Shown one piece after another: positions 51,110 to 63,830 of a stretch of 64,000 nt of DNA. Source of the DNA: Octopus sinensis. Taxonomy: Eukaryota. Below the pieces are notes generated by a model. The model worked only from the letters and a program-made list of their open reading frames with translations. It had not been told where the DNA came from and ran no database searches. Location: the NCBI RefSeq assembly GCF_006345805.1, contig NC_043001.1:66278001-66342000 (forward strand), written 5' to 3'. Each line of letters starts with the position of its first letter. The stretch's first letter is position 1. The translations under genes and the position numbers were made by a program.

Positions 51110-52720
51110 CTTCATTATGATGGGTGGGTCTTCTCAAGAACCAAGTATCAATAAACATCCCAGTTTTTTGTCATCTCCTCAAGGAGGCTCAGGGTCCTGA
51201 GATCAGCCTTCACCACTTCATTCCATGTCTTCTTGAGACCTTCTTCCCCAGGTTCCAACCACTTTAAGTGATTAGCACTTCTTTACTTCTTCACATATCC
51301 ATACCAGTGCAATTTCCTTTCTTGCACACGTCTGATTTTCCAATGCCCAGTTTTCCTCTCAACATATACTTTATTGTTCATGCACACTTAAATTACACAT
51401 TCAAAGGAGCATACTCACTTCATTTCTTTCCAGTTTTCTTAGGTCTTCTGTGTTCAAAGTCTCACTTCCATGCTGCATTACAGTTCTAACATAGGCATCA
51501 TACAATCTGCTCATTATTCTGTGGGAAAAGACTTTTGTTGCCAGCAATGGTAGTAGTTTCCTCAACTTTCTCCAATCCATTTTTATTCTGGCTACAATAC
51601 CTTCAGAACAACCATCTTCCTTGCTGACGACATCTCCTAGGTAGCGAAAGATATCAACTACTTCTAGTGAACCATCCAAGCATTCAGCAATCAAGAGAAC
51701 TTATTTTCAGTGTTTGTAGAATGTACTTCTGCTCCAGCACAACTGTCACATACGAAGCTTATGTTCTCTGCTACATTTCTTGTGCCCATAGCTTACATTG
51801 GGGACAGCATATGGCTTTTACACCTACTCCTTTCTGCATATTGAGCAAGGCCATTTCCTCAAAGATACTAATGTCCAATCTTCTTTTCTACTTATTTAAA
51901 CCTTCATCTTTGCTAAGTTTACTTTGAAATCTCTCATTTCTAGGTTCAGCTTCTAATTCCCTTATTCAGCTATGAGAACTAAATCATCAGCATACAGGAG
52001 TTGCCATAGACAGCCAGTCTTAAATTCCTCTGTGGTGGCCTGTAGGACAATGATGAATAGGAAAGGACTGAGGACTGAGCTTTGATGGATTCCAACTTTC
52101 ATGCAGAGTTCCTCACTGAAGTTTTTGTTGACTACCACTTTACTTACTATCTTTGTACAGAGTTTGTATAGTTCTCACAAGCTATTTTCCATAATGTTCC
52201 TGAGATTATTGTGTGTGGTATCCTGTTGAATACTTTCTCCAGGTCAATGAAGGCCAGGAATAATGGTTTACTCTTAGCCAAGTATTTCTCCTGTAGTTGC
52301 CTCACTAGGAAGATTGCATCCATAGCATCTCTTCCAGACACAAAATCAAACTGCATTTCAGCTGTCCTGTCACAAATTAATCACTCTCTTTGTAACCTTC
52401 ATAACCTTATCTAGTAATTTGATTCTTCTAAGATTGCTTTTCTCTAAGGAAATCTCCTTTGCCTTTATATATTTTTCTCTTGTGAAAGTTTTTGCAGCAA
52501 GCAATGTGCCCCTGAGAGACTTTTCACTGCTATTTCTAGCTGACTGAGTAATCATATAGAGGTTTCTTCAACATCTCTGTCATGAAATTTGTAGATTTCA
52601 TTTTCTCTCCCATGAAAGCTTTTCTGCAGTTTGCTTGCTTGTGATGCAAAACAGTATCCCCACAACTTCTTTTTAGCTTTTCTCTGCATACTGTTGCCCC
52701 CGTTCATATAGACAGAGGTG
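51110..52720 (-). mobile_element. Decayed PHD-RTE copy in inverted orientation
   Basis: MQFDFVSGRDAMDAIFLVRQLQEKYLAK..DLEKVFNRIP; VVDIFRYLGD; MQHGSET. Confidence 0.85.
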
Positions 52721-52860
52721 ACTTGTTTTAATATTACTCAAACTCTTGGTAACTACCGTACACTCCTGTGGTAAATGAAAAATGATGTTCAAGTTAAACA
52801 CAAATCTGTTCCTAACTTTAATTTATATCATTTCAATCATTCACGTAACATTGCCCTTAA

Positions 52861-53080
52861 CCCTTTAGTATTCAGAGTATTCTGTCAAATGTAATACTTA
52901 TTCATTCACATTGTTTTGAATTAATCCTGTATCATCTTACATCTTCAAAATTTCAATGATGTGATTGTATATTTTTAGAATGACATTGTAGAGTAGGTGT
53001 GAGTGGTCAGAACTGACTTGTTCAAACATAAAACAAATAGAATATTTGGGCCAGATATGGCCGGTTTAAATGCTAAAGGC
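52861..53080. mobile_element. piggyBac-like MITE (220 bp)
   Basis: TTAA on both sides (52857-52860, 53081-53084); TIRs CCCTTTAGTATT / GCCTTTAGCATT. Confidence 0.85.
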
Positions 53081-53454
53081 TTAATTCAATATGCTTCTTC
53101 TTTAAGGTAATAAGTGGCTTGCTTGTGACTGTGCTTGCAATAGCAATATTTTCAACCCACCACCACTTCTCTCTCTTGTGGATCTGAATACTTTGTTTTT
53201 CTTTCTCATGAAATTTACATATTTTGTTTATCTCATGAAAGTTTTTATGGTAGTGATGTGCTCGTCAGAGAGTTTTGACTGCTATTTTTAGCTGACTTAG
53301 CAACCATGTAGAGGTTTCTCCATCATTTTGTCATGGAAGTTTTCACAGCTCACTAATCTCTTAATGTCAATATGTTTGCCTCACTCTCTCTCATGGAATA
53401 TGTATATTTCATTTTCTCTCTCATGCAAGTTTTTGCAGCTCACTCATTCACAAA

Positions 53455-53580
53455 ATCTCACCAAGGCAGGCATTGGAAATCAATACCAGCTTTAAACTAG
53501 TCAGATCCTGTTGAACTATTCAACCCATGCTAACATGGGGGAATGAAGATGTCAAATGATGATGATGATGATGATGGTGA
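53455..53580 (+). mobile_element. RTE-type 3' tail fragment ending in (GAT)n
   Basis: gttgaactattcaacccatgctaacatgg...aaatgatgatgatg matches the 13345-13420 tail. Confidence 0.7.
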
Positions 53581-53639
53581 TATATATCTACATATGTTTG
53601 CGCGTGTGGGTGGGTAAAGAGCGTGGTAGTAGGAAGCAC

Positions 53640-54130
53640 TTTCTTAGGACTAGAAGGGCATGAAAGTCACAGGTGTACTTGGTTATAGGCAAGGCAGAAA
53701 GGAAGCAATTTGCACATGTCCTGCAACATATAGATCAGAGGCAAGAAGTACAAGACAATATGTGAGAGAGAACCAAGATGTCATTGGTGAAAGCAAACTC
53801 ACCATTGGTATGGAACAAGAGAAACTGACATAGAAGTACTATTATGAAAGGCTGCTGAATGCAGCGAACACATGGAATAAACAGGAATTACCCCACACTG
53901 ACCCAGTAGAGGGATCTACAATTCAAGTTAACAGCAGTGTAGTAGATAATATGAAGAGCCATGAGTTCATCAGAGATAGTTACAGAGAGACTTAAAATAT
54001 TTGGGGAAGTGGTATATAAGATTACTACCAAGATAGTTAATTAAGTCATTCAGGAGGATGTCATATCCAATGACTGACATAGTAGTGTCGTTGGAAATTG
54101 CTACAAGAGCAAAGATAATGCCTTAGAGAG
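53640..54130 (+). mobile_element. Decayed PHD-RTE fragment (linker and start of RT)
   Basis: actattatgaaaggctgctgaatg..gacccagtagaggga..aatgactg..gctacaagagcaaag aligns to 46810-47110. Confidence 0.7.
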
Positions 54131-55359
54131 AAGCAACCCTCTCTCTTTCCCCAACTGGATGTGAATAATCAAGCCATCATTTCCTAGCATGAAGATAATG
54201 CCCCCTCTTCCCCCAATGTTCATAGTCCTGCAAGCAGCATTGTGACCTCAACAGTGCAGGTGGCACAAAAATAGCATTCAGTACACTCAGTAAACTGTTT
54301 GGCATTAGGAAGGGTATACATTGGAGTATGATGCAGTCCTTAAACTTATAATGGAATAGAAGGTTTTTATAAGGAGTTGTAGGCTCAAAGCTGGGTAGAA
54401 AACAAGCTGTCATACGTGACCTTATTTAAAGGCTGCAATTAGTTGGGTTGCATATTGGAGTGAATAGAGTAAGAGACAAATTGCGCCAATACTAACCAAT
54501 CAGAGTAATAGACACAATGGGGTCCAAAATGCGACCAAAGGCTAGCTGTTATCTACTACATTCATATGTATATATATAATAGAGAGGAGAGGAATTTCAC
54601 TCAAGTGTACACTACAGACTCATTGGATCGTATGAAACCATCCAACCCATGCCAGCATCGAAATGGACGTTAAATGATGATGATGATGAATCTATTGCTC
54701 TAGCCACAATCACGTTATGTTGGAACTTTTCCTGTTGATTTCACATTAGTGAAAAATAATACTAGCTTGGCATAAATTTCACTGGCGACAATGATTCCTA
54801 AACTACATAAGATAGAATATTAAAGTTTACCTATAGCACAACCAACTTCATTGCTCCAAAAGAGGTTTAAAGATATGTCTAACATTGCTTCACCTCAATT
54901 TAACTGATATGTCACCCTAGTGTAGTTATTAATAATTTTTCAAACTCCTTATTTATAGTTATAGATGTTAGGATGAGTACTTCTTAACAGAAAAATCTGT
55001 TAGTGGATGACAAAATCTGCAACAGCTTAGTTAAGCAATCTTATAAACAGCTTGGCTGTTGACAAAGTGTTTGTCCTAGATATCATAACTAAGACAGCAT
55101 CATACTTTAAAAATATTTATTCTACAATATGTACCATAGTTTACAATATCAGTGTCTAGGAAATATATTTTCTTTAGATTCTCACTTGGCTGTCATCAGC
55201 CAACTGGCTACATCAGAAGTTCACTAAATAACCACCATTATCATAATTCAATTTTCAAAGTTATCTGGCAGTTTATCTCTAATTTACTTGATAACAACCT
55301 CCAATATCCAGTATTTAGAATCAAATAATGTTAATTTGTATTATATCTATGAAAAGCAG

Positions 55360-55365
55360 GATGTG

Positions 55366-55400
<35 letters not shown>

Positions 55401-55455
55401 GTTTTTGTGTGCGTGTGTGTGTGTGTGTTTGTGTGCGTGTGTGTGTGTGTGTACG
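55360..55455. repeat. Interrupted (GT)n microsatellite
   Basis: Seen directly. Confidence 0.95.
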
Positions 55456-55836
55456 AGTGTGTACCAAAAATAAAAATGTAAAATGTTTTTTTTTCTTAAA
55501 CACGAGATATAGTCTTCAAATTTAGGACGTTTTTGAAAGACACTATATTTTATAATCAGATTATATATACTTTCTCACACAACAATTAAAATATATTTAT
55601 TTTAAATCATTCATCTTTCTCTCCACTCTCTCTCACACACACACATTACTTTGGGTGCGAAAGAGTTTTGTTTTTATTTTATGCAGAGGAAAAAAAGTGT
55701 TTTGTTCAGAATCCATTTATTTAACAACAAAGAAACAAATTGTCAGTGAATTACACAATATAAATAGGTAAAATTTCCAAGGCTTCCACCACATCACACC
55801 CCATTTCTCAGACCACAAAAAGGGTTTTATAGCATA

Positions 55837-56637
55837 CTAGCAGCATAGCCCAGCGTTGCCCGGGTATGTAAGAGCCCCTAGTAGGCAACGACTAATCCCG
55901 ATCTAGTCCTTTCCCTTTAGGGAACGAAGGCGCATGAGTAAGGTTGCAATGTCTTCTCTTCACTCCCAAATAACTATCAAACAGCTATCGATTATTCAAC
56001 CCAACCAATTCCTACCAGGAAGAAATTACATTCGAGACTTTACCCCCAACTTTACCCACTTCTACTAATAGCTGCTGCAGCCACAAGTTATTCGAATACT
56101 TTTTTTGTTTACACTTTCTTTATAACTACCACCCCAAACGTTTTACCTTAAATTTTTGACGTACCCTAAGGGTCCTCGGACGCTACTTGCAAACTCTTGG
56201 TTTATTATAAACCGCTTTTGTCATGTGCACCAAAAAAACCTTTTCCATTCGTTTGTTCAGTTTGGTCACTTTTGACTTTTTCGTTGTTGTCACTCACATT
56301 GCTGCCCCCTTTTTTGCCGTTTTTGTACATTTTTATACATTTTGGGATACTTACCCCACATGTTAAAATGGTCGAGTTGCGTCCTCTAGACAGTCTGTAG
56401 AAAATGTATTGCATATAAAAAGCTTAGATTCTCGACCCATGTCGAATTTATCGATTTTTTTTCAGAACTGGGGGAACTTTTCAAAATTTTCGCTGCGTTA
56501 GTTTTGAATTATGACATTGGGCTATGTGTGTGTCAAGTTTCATCAGAATCGGTTGAAAGCCGTGGTCAGGGTGAGGGTACAACCTGACAGACACACAAAC
56601 ACACAGACAGACAAACTGCCGTTTATATATAGAGAGA
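55837..56637 (-). mobile_element. Complete non-autonomous Helitron (801 bp)
   Basis: Minus strand starts TC and ends with hairpin CCCGGGCAACGCTGGG followed by CTAG. Inserted between A and T with no TSD. An empty-site paralog lies at ~56865-56910. Confidence 0.9.
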
Positions 56638-56959
56638 TTAAGAAGCTAGGGTAGTTGATTTCAGGCAAAAAATCCAATTTGCGAGTGTTATCTAAAAATT
56701 TGCCTGGAGTTCTTAATGGTAAATTTGAGATTTAAAAAAAATGTTTTCCATATTCTTAATCTCCGTATTTGTCCATGTACATTGAAAAATAGATGGTGAA
56801 AAGATCAATAGGTGTAGGGAGCAAAATTTCTGAGGATTCCACCCCACCCCACCCTGGTTTTGAGACCACAAAAGGGTTTTGTAGCATATTAGGAGACCAG
56901 GGTAGTTGAAATCGTGCAAGTGTTAATCTAAAAATTTACCAACCTTTTTTCCATTTCTG

Positions 56960-57895
56960 TTTATGAAATTCTCTGTACATAATTTTGCTTTCTTGGTGGT
57001 CAAGCAAATGATGACTGGCAAAGCCAAGTGTCTTAATGCTGACATTGGATACAATGACCTGAGCTACAATAATGCGTTGATTGACATCAAGGATGCCTTG
57101 CTCAAAATGGGTGGGGCAGTGTTGAACACATTCGATTTGCCATCCTCATTGCGACAAGATGTTAACATGCTCCCACCAAAGTTACTTATGGAGTTATCAT
57201 ATGACGCTGATAGCTTTGTGGAGTAACTGAGAGTAAATAAACTGAAATTGCTCCCTGATCAGAGGCTGGTGTATGAAACTATCGTCAGTGTCGTTGAAAA
57301 ACAGGCGGGCGGCATTTTTTTCCTCGATGCTCCTGGAAGTACCAGTAAATCTTTGTAACACAATTAACACTTAATAAGATTTGTTGCGAGAAACAAATTG
57401 TGCTAGCCGTTGCTTCCTCTGGAATCAACTGCTATGTTATTACCAGGAGGTAGGACGGCGCATTCGGTATTCAAGCTGCCTTTAGATTTGGTGAGGGCTG
57501 AGGTTCCTACTTGCAGCATTGGCAAAAATTCAGAGGAAGCTGAAGTTCTTAGACAGTGCCATCTCATTGTATGGGACGAATGCATAATGACCAATAAGGG
57601 TGCCCATGAAGCACTGGACCGGTCACTGAAAGGTACCAGGGATTCTACAGCTTCTATGGGTGGTGTAACTCTATTGCTTTCAGGAGATTTCCAGCAAACC
57701 CTTCCTGTCATCCCTAAAGGGAGCAGGGCTGATGAAGTGTGCACATGCCTTAAGTTATCCACGTTGTGGCCCCAGATTAAGACCTTAAGCCTAAGCACAA
57801 ACATGCATGCACACTTGCTTGGTGATAGCACGTCTGCAGCATTTGCTGAAGACATTTTAGCTCTTGGAGAAGGACTTTTGTGGCACGAGCACTAG
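56960..57895 (+). pseudogene. Helitron RepHel PIF1-family helicase fragment
   Basis: FFLDAPGSTSK (decayed Walker A), LLPGGRTAHSVFKLP, IVWDE (Walker B), LSGDFQQTLPV, with stops and frameshifts. Possible CTAG end at 57892-57895. Confidence 0.85.
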
Positions 57896-58399
57896 TTTCT
57901 TTTGACTGACTGAGTAGGACTACAGTAAAGAGGGAAGCAACTTTATGTTAGGACATGTGGGGTTAAAATATTAAAGAAAGGGTTAGAACTCAGTTTCTTA
58001 CAGTGGAGAAGCTACATGGCAACTCACATTTTAGAAGAGTGGGTATCAGAGAAAAATATGAGTAGAACTGAGTGGGAACAGAACAGAGGGTGTAGCTGGA
58101 TAGTGATTGCCAGAGTGTATGGGAGAATGAGAGGTGGTTAGAGATAAGGAATAGGTGACAGGATGAATAAGATGAATGATGAACAAGAGTTGGACGAATG
58201 GAGAGAAAACTAGATGACAATTGTGGAGACTGGGTGAGGTTGAAAGGCAGATGTAGTGAATGGTAAATAAGTGGTTGGATGATGACTAATGATACATATG
58301 AGATGAGGGAGAGAGAGGGATAATGCAGTAAGGTAAGTTGCAAGAATGTGGAGCAGTTCAGTTTCATGAGTAGAAGTACTGTCAATGCCATCTTTCAAG

Positions 58400-59400
58400 T
58401 GAGACAACTGCAGAAGTACTTAACTAAGAGTAAACTACAATCAGCATTTGTCAATCTGGAGATAGTCTTTGATAGTGTCCAATACTTTAATCTGATGGTC
58501 ACTAAGCAAGCTAAATGGAGATGAAGGTACATTACAGAGGTGCAGTCAGCATTAACCTTAGTAATAACTTTAGCATATAGATTGGGGTCTGTCCTAAGCC
58601 CTCTTTCATTTATTATAGGATTATAGGCCATAACAGGAGTTTCATATTAGCTATTCAGGACAACTCCTATATACTAATGAACTGGTTCTTACAGTCAAAT
58701 TTGTAAGAGATTTAGAGAAGAAATTCCAGACTCTACAGCAAAACCTGGAATCAAAATGCCTTCCATTAAATTTAGCAAAGATAAAAAGTTTCAAGTAGGA
58801 AATGTAAAACCCTGCAACCACCAAAGAAATGGTTGTGCTTAGTACATGGAAAATATATGTAGAAATTCAGGCACACAAGAAGAGGAATGAGATCACAGGC
58901 AGACTGACAAAAGAGATAGATACATATGGTAGGGTATAGGAGTAGTTAGTAGCAAAAATATATGCGCAAACACCCCTGTCAAATGCTTGGAAGTAGTTGA
59001 GAACTTTTGCTAACAAGAAGACTTAATTAACAGAAGGGGTGGATGCTCTGAAAGTGCAGTAGGTAAAGTAAGAACAGGTTGTAAAAAGTTCAGGAAACTA
59101 CCACTTCAACTGACAACAAAGGTCTTCTCTCTCAGAACAAGAAGTATATTGTATGATTCTTGTATACAAAGTGTGAAGCTGCATGCTGGCAAGATGTAAG
59201 CTTTGAATGCAGAAAATTTGTGATGTCTTGAAATAAATGAAATGAAAATACTTTACTGGATGTGTAATGTTATACAGTGCAAATGAGATGAGAGAAAAAC
59301 TGAATATAAGAATAATTAGATGTAATGAGCAACAGAGAAGGTTGTACAAGTACAGGAATGTAATGTATAAGGAGGAGGTTGGCTGAGAAAAACATGAGAG
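58400..59400 (+). mobile_element. Heavily decayed PHD-RTE copy
   Basis: aagtacttaactaagagtaaac..gcatttgtcaatctggag..gggtctgtcctaagccctct..ctctctcagaac..ctgcatgctggc align to the 47.3-48.4 kb RT. Confidence 0.7.
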
Positions 59401-60980
59401 AAAATGGTGGTTTCAAATGTGGTACCTTATCTGTCAGGGTTCCTGTCTGGCACCAAAGAAAACTCTTTTCAGCCACATTTCTCTTGCTCTTTTATCTGCT
59501 GGGACTGAGAAACATCTGCAGAATTTGTTGTAATATATTAAAATTATGACATATTACAAACCCGTAAAATGTTATCAGCTTGTAATACCCCTTTTTTCTT
59601 TTTAACTAAACAACCAAACAAATAATCTTGTCATTAAGTTGGAGGTTTTCAAAGATTCTATTTAATGACATCTGCATTCATGGAGCTTTTTTCCTGTTTT
59701 AGATTGAAGCAGTGAAGCTAACTTCAAACCTTTAGCTGATATGGGATAAACATGTGAATGTATGTCAAAAGACAGACACACAAACCCAATATAATGTTGG
59801 TTTAGATCTATATAATTTTACAAGACTGCTATCCTCTAACTGTGACTTTCTATTTACCTACTTTCAACATCACTATCTTAGCATTTTTACTGTCATCTCT
59901 GTTTTTTCTTTATATATTTGTTTAAAGTATTAATTTTTATGTATTTATATACCTCTCAATGCATGTATATCCATGTATCTGCTTCAGCTTCCATGTAGAC
60001 ATGCATATTTTAAAAAAAATATCTTCACACACAAATACATATACACAAATATCTTCAAAAACCGATATTAGCAACAGGAATAGCACCCAACTGTATCCGA
60101 ATTCTGCAATAAGATATTGCTAGTGTAGAAAAAAAGACCTGTAAAGAAATATATACAGACTGCTTTCACATTGATATTTTCACTTTTATACTGTTATATT
60201 TTCATGCCATGATAATGAGATCTCAGAAGACCATAAAAATGTAGCACAAAACAAAAAAGAAAAGAGCTGCAGGGTAATGAGTGAGAAGGAAATTCTTGAG
60301 GATGAAAAGTAAAGTCTCATCTCTTCTAAAGACTACTTTCTTCTGCAAATGGACCATCAAGATGTTGTGTCACTGAAGAAGAAGAAGAAATAAAAACAGA
60401 AGTTTCTTGGGCCACTTTTTTAAAGAAATTATATCCAGGATGAATTGTCACAGTTTATTCTGGACAATCCAAAAGCACTGCAACACTTTATCCAAGCTTG
60501 TATAGGTTGGATGGGTCATCACAATCTGAGTAAGTTCTTACTCAAAGTTACTGCCCTCTAAGACAGGTCAAAGGACCAGGTCTCACTCATACTTTTCATT
60601 TTTGGCATAATCTCTAAACCTGGATGTCCTTCCTTACTACCAACCACAAAATGGATGCATTTTATTATGGCTCCAGCACTACACAGGTTCACATGTCCTC
60701 AATGTGATTATTATAATTGGCTAATAAATTAGATAAAAAATTATAAAGAATCAACCTAATAATGATAAATATTAGATGAAGTGATATACATATCAAGACA
60801 ATCTTATTCAAAATAGATCTACATTGTAGAGATTTTTCAGTTGACAGAAGCTTTAGCAATGCTAAAATTATAATTGATGTAAACCTAGAGAAAAAATGTA
60901 TGGTTATCATATAAATTTAGCTTTAGCCACCCCATGTCCCATTGAGTATTAATTGGTGATAAGGTATGCATTCATACAAG

Positions 60981-61017
60981 ATATGTATTCATATAACCTT
61001 GTTATATGAATGCATAT
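60981..61017. repeat. 17-bp-stem hairpin
   Basis: ATATGTATTCATATAAC-CTT-GTTATATGAATGCATAT with one T.G pair. Confidence 0.7.
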
Positions 61018-61519
61018 AATAAGGTAATATGTATTCCTCATCATTTACTAAATGCATAAAAGGTTACAATAAAAAACGTGGTCATCATCTAAATTTTGTT
61101 GTTGCCACCTCGCATTCCATCAAACATTAACATTTTGGAGGTTGATGCTGATCCCCCCAAAACTTGTCCTACCTCATGTTTCTGTGATGGCAATTAAAAC
61201 TGGCTTTACTCTGTTTCTTAAGCAGCTGATTTCGCTACTGTCTAGCAGGTCAATTAACCATGTAGAGCTTGTTTCATTGACTCTTGCTGGATTTTGTTAA
61301 GAGTGATTTTGTGTTTATGTTTAAGGAATGAAAATGTGTCATAAACATACTTGTTAAATAATTTCTAGTTTAAACTATAAAAACAACAAAGTTTTTACAA
61401 ACAAAAATCGTTTCAGTGGGTTGAGTTATGTTCCTTTTTCTGCAGACTATCCAATACTATGTGTCAGTTAGTGGTAACTAATTCCCCATCCAAAACAAGT
61501 TAAATGGGGGAGATGTAGG

Positions 61520-61620
61520 TACAAATATGGTGGCATGGTTCAGATGCTGACTTACCAATCATATGGTTTCAGGTTCAATCCCACTGCACAGTACCTTGGG
61601 CAAGTGACAACCAAAGACGT
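61520..61620 (+). mobile_element. SINE family B head
   Basis: tggtggcatggtt..ttaccaatcatatggtttcaggttcaatcccactgc..accttgggcaagtg. Confidence 0.6.
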
Positions 61621-62179
61621 GAATATCTGCACTTGCTTAGTTAAAAGTCAAGATGTTTGAGCAGTGTTGTTGGCACTTCTGTCAGTAACTTGTCCATTTA
61701 CTTTATACTTTAAAAGCAGTGTGGAATAAAAGATCCTTTACTTGAAAACAGGAAAGGGTTAGTGTCAAGAAACACTGAGTCCTTGACACTGTGCATCTCT
61801 CTCTCTCGCAACACACCCCACACTTCACATCATCTACACTACCACCGATTACTTCTGACCCTTTCCCACTTGCTCTAGATTAACTTCCAACTGATTTTCA
61901 TGACTGACTGTGCATCCATCCGTGTTTGTCACTTACCACATTCCCCCTTATCTACCCACCTACCCTATCCAACTCCTTGTATCATTTCTCTTATATCCAC
62001 CTTTCTGTAACTTGAAGGAACACCCTGACACATCTTTAACATATCTCTTTTTCAACAGGGGTAACCATGCACACACACCCCCACATACACCTACAGCAAA
62101 ACACCTGTTCCTGTCCTTCTATTATCCTTTAACCTTTCATCACCTGGCATAATATTCTCAATATTGCACTCCACTTCAG

Positions 62180-62403
62180 TTGAGGAGTCTTGTCTTGCAA
62201 CTTACTTGGTATCTCACCAATACCAGTGCCATATCAAAAGCAGCAAATCTATCCTGTGAAGTAGTTGGCATTAGGAAAAGCATCCAACCATACAAACCAT
62301 GCCAATACAGACATTGGAGCTTGACACAGTCTAGTTCACCAGCTCCTGTTGAACTATCCAACCCATGGTAGCATGGAAAATGGATGTTAAATGGCAGTGA
62401 TGA
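62180..62403 (+). mobile_element. RTE/SINE 3' tail fragment
   Basis: gttggcattaggaaaagcatcca..cctgttgaactatccaacccatg..gcatggaaaatggatgttaaatg. Confidence 0.7.
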
Positions 62404-62749
62404 TATATAGCTTTTCTTTTTTACTTTACATGAAGGGGAAACAACATTTCAAACAAATTCAAATATGAAATTGTAATGATTTAAAACAATTTCCCACCTA
62501 TTTAAATATTTTACTCTTTCTTACCTGCTTCTCTTTTAAGCTGTAACCAAGTAGATGCATATAGGTATATAAAGGGATGTTATTTGTATGTGGATATTTC
62601 CAACACTTTTTTCAAAATATGCTACAGTGTGTCACACTCATGAAAAAGCTACAGCAAATGGGAAAATTTATTTGATGTTCCTTCCATTCTTTAACTTTCA
62701 CTACTTGTCACATTTTTCTTTTCACAATGGTCAATGTGGCACTATCTGC

Positions 62750-63125
62750 TTATGGCCCAGTGGTTAGGGCAGCGGACTCGCGGTCGTAGAATCGCGGTTT
62801 AGATTCCCAGACCGGGCGTTGTGAGTGTTTATTGAGCGAAAACACCTAAAGCTCCATGAGGCTCCGGCAGGGGATGGTGGTGATCCCTGCTGTACTCTTT
62901 CACCACAACTTTCTCTCACTCTTTATTCCTGTTTCTGTTGTACCTGTATTTCAAAGGGCCGGCCTTGTCACTCTCTATGTCACGCTGAATATCCCCGAGA
63001 ACTACGTTAAGGGTACACGTGTCTGTGGAGTGCTCAGCCACTTACACGTTAATTTCAGGAGCAGGCTGTTCCGTTGGTCGGATCAACCGGAACCCTCATC
63101 GTCGTAACCGACAGAGTGCTTCCCC
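62750..63125 (+). mobile_element. SINE family C, young full-length copy
   Basis: A box TGGCCCAGTGGTTAGG and B-box-like GGTTTAGATTCCC; CpG-rich; highly similar to 28766-29119. Confidence 0.9.
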
Positions 63126-63714
63126 ACCAAAAAAAAATCTGCTTAGAATAATATTGCCATCATTTATTAACTCAATAATTTATATAATTTTACTTCATGT
63201 AGAAAACTACCACCCTCAATACAGAAAATTACTTGCAGAAACAATTCTAAATAGTAATGTTAGATCTGAGTGAGACATTGTTCTTTAGTGTTGATGGTAT
63301 GAATGGCAAGAGACAGATGGATTAAAGTGATTTAGCGTCAGGTTACAGAAAAATATCAAGAAGAGTGAGCCTGTAAGTATGAAGGTTAAACATTTGGGTG
63401 TGAAAAGGTAAGAGTGAGATTGTCACAGATGGCTTTATGAGTTTAGCCCTGACTATACATTTGTTATGCAAATTAACATAATGTAATACAAGCCATTCTA
63501 ATGCTTAGGTGGTAGACTTTGGATGCAAGTTTTGTTTACAAGCATCTGAAAAACTTGCAAAGAAAGATGGCATCATCAAATTATAAGATGTAAAGAATAT
63601 GAATATGTAAATAGAAGCCTGAGTGGGAGGAAGACTTTCACTTTATTGAAAGCATCTCTGTACATGGCTTTTATGACCCTATAAGATTACCTATGGTTTT
63701 CATAAAACGTTGTC

Positions 63715-63715
63715 A

Positions 63716-63752
<37 letters not shown>

Positions 63753-63830
63753 ACATCTATCTTCCATGCTAACATTGGTTGGACAGTTTCACAGAAGCTG
63801 GTAAGCATGATGTCTGCACCAAACTCCACT
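63715..63830 (-). mobile_element. (ATT)n array plus RTE-type tail fragment
   Basis: ttccatgctaacattggttggacagtt matches the family tail. Confidence 0.6.

Noticed and set aside
56963-57895. Host PIF1 gene
   Set aside because: Intronless, multiply disabled, with Helitron-type motif context and adjacent Helitron sequence.
59430-59525. Possible minus-strand exon (cag|ATGTTTCTC...GATAAG|gtacc)
   Set aside because: AG/GT dinucleotides alone are weak evidence; no homology recognised and no partner exons.
60200-60480. Possible piggyBac transposase N-terminus (MSEKEILED)
   Set aside because: Too short and degenerate, with no catalytic motifs or TIRs found.
62750-62830. tRNA genes at SINE heads (also 10995, 12930, 29050)
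   Set aside because: A/B boxes are present, but the sequence runs into dispersed SINE bodies and I see no complete cloverleaf.
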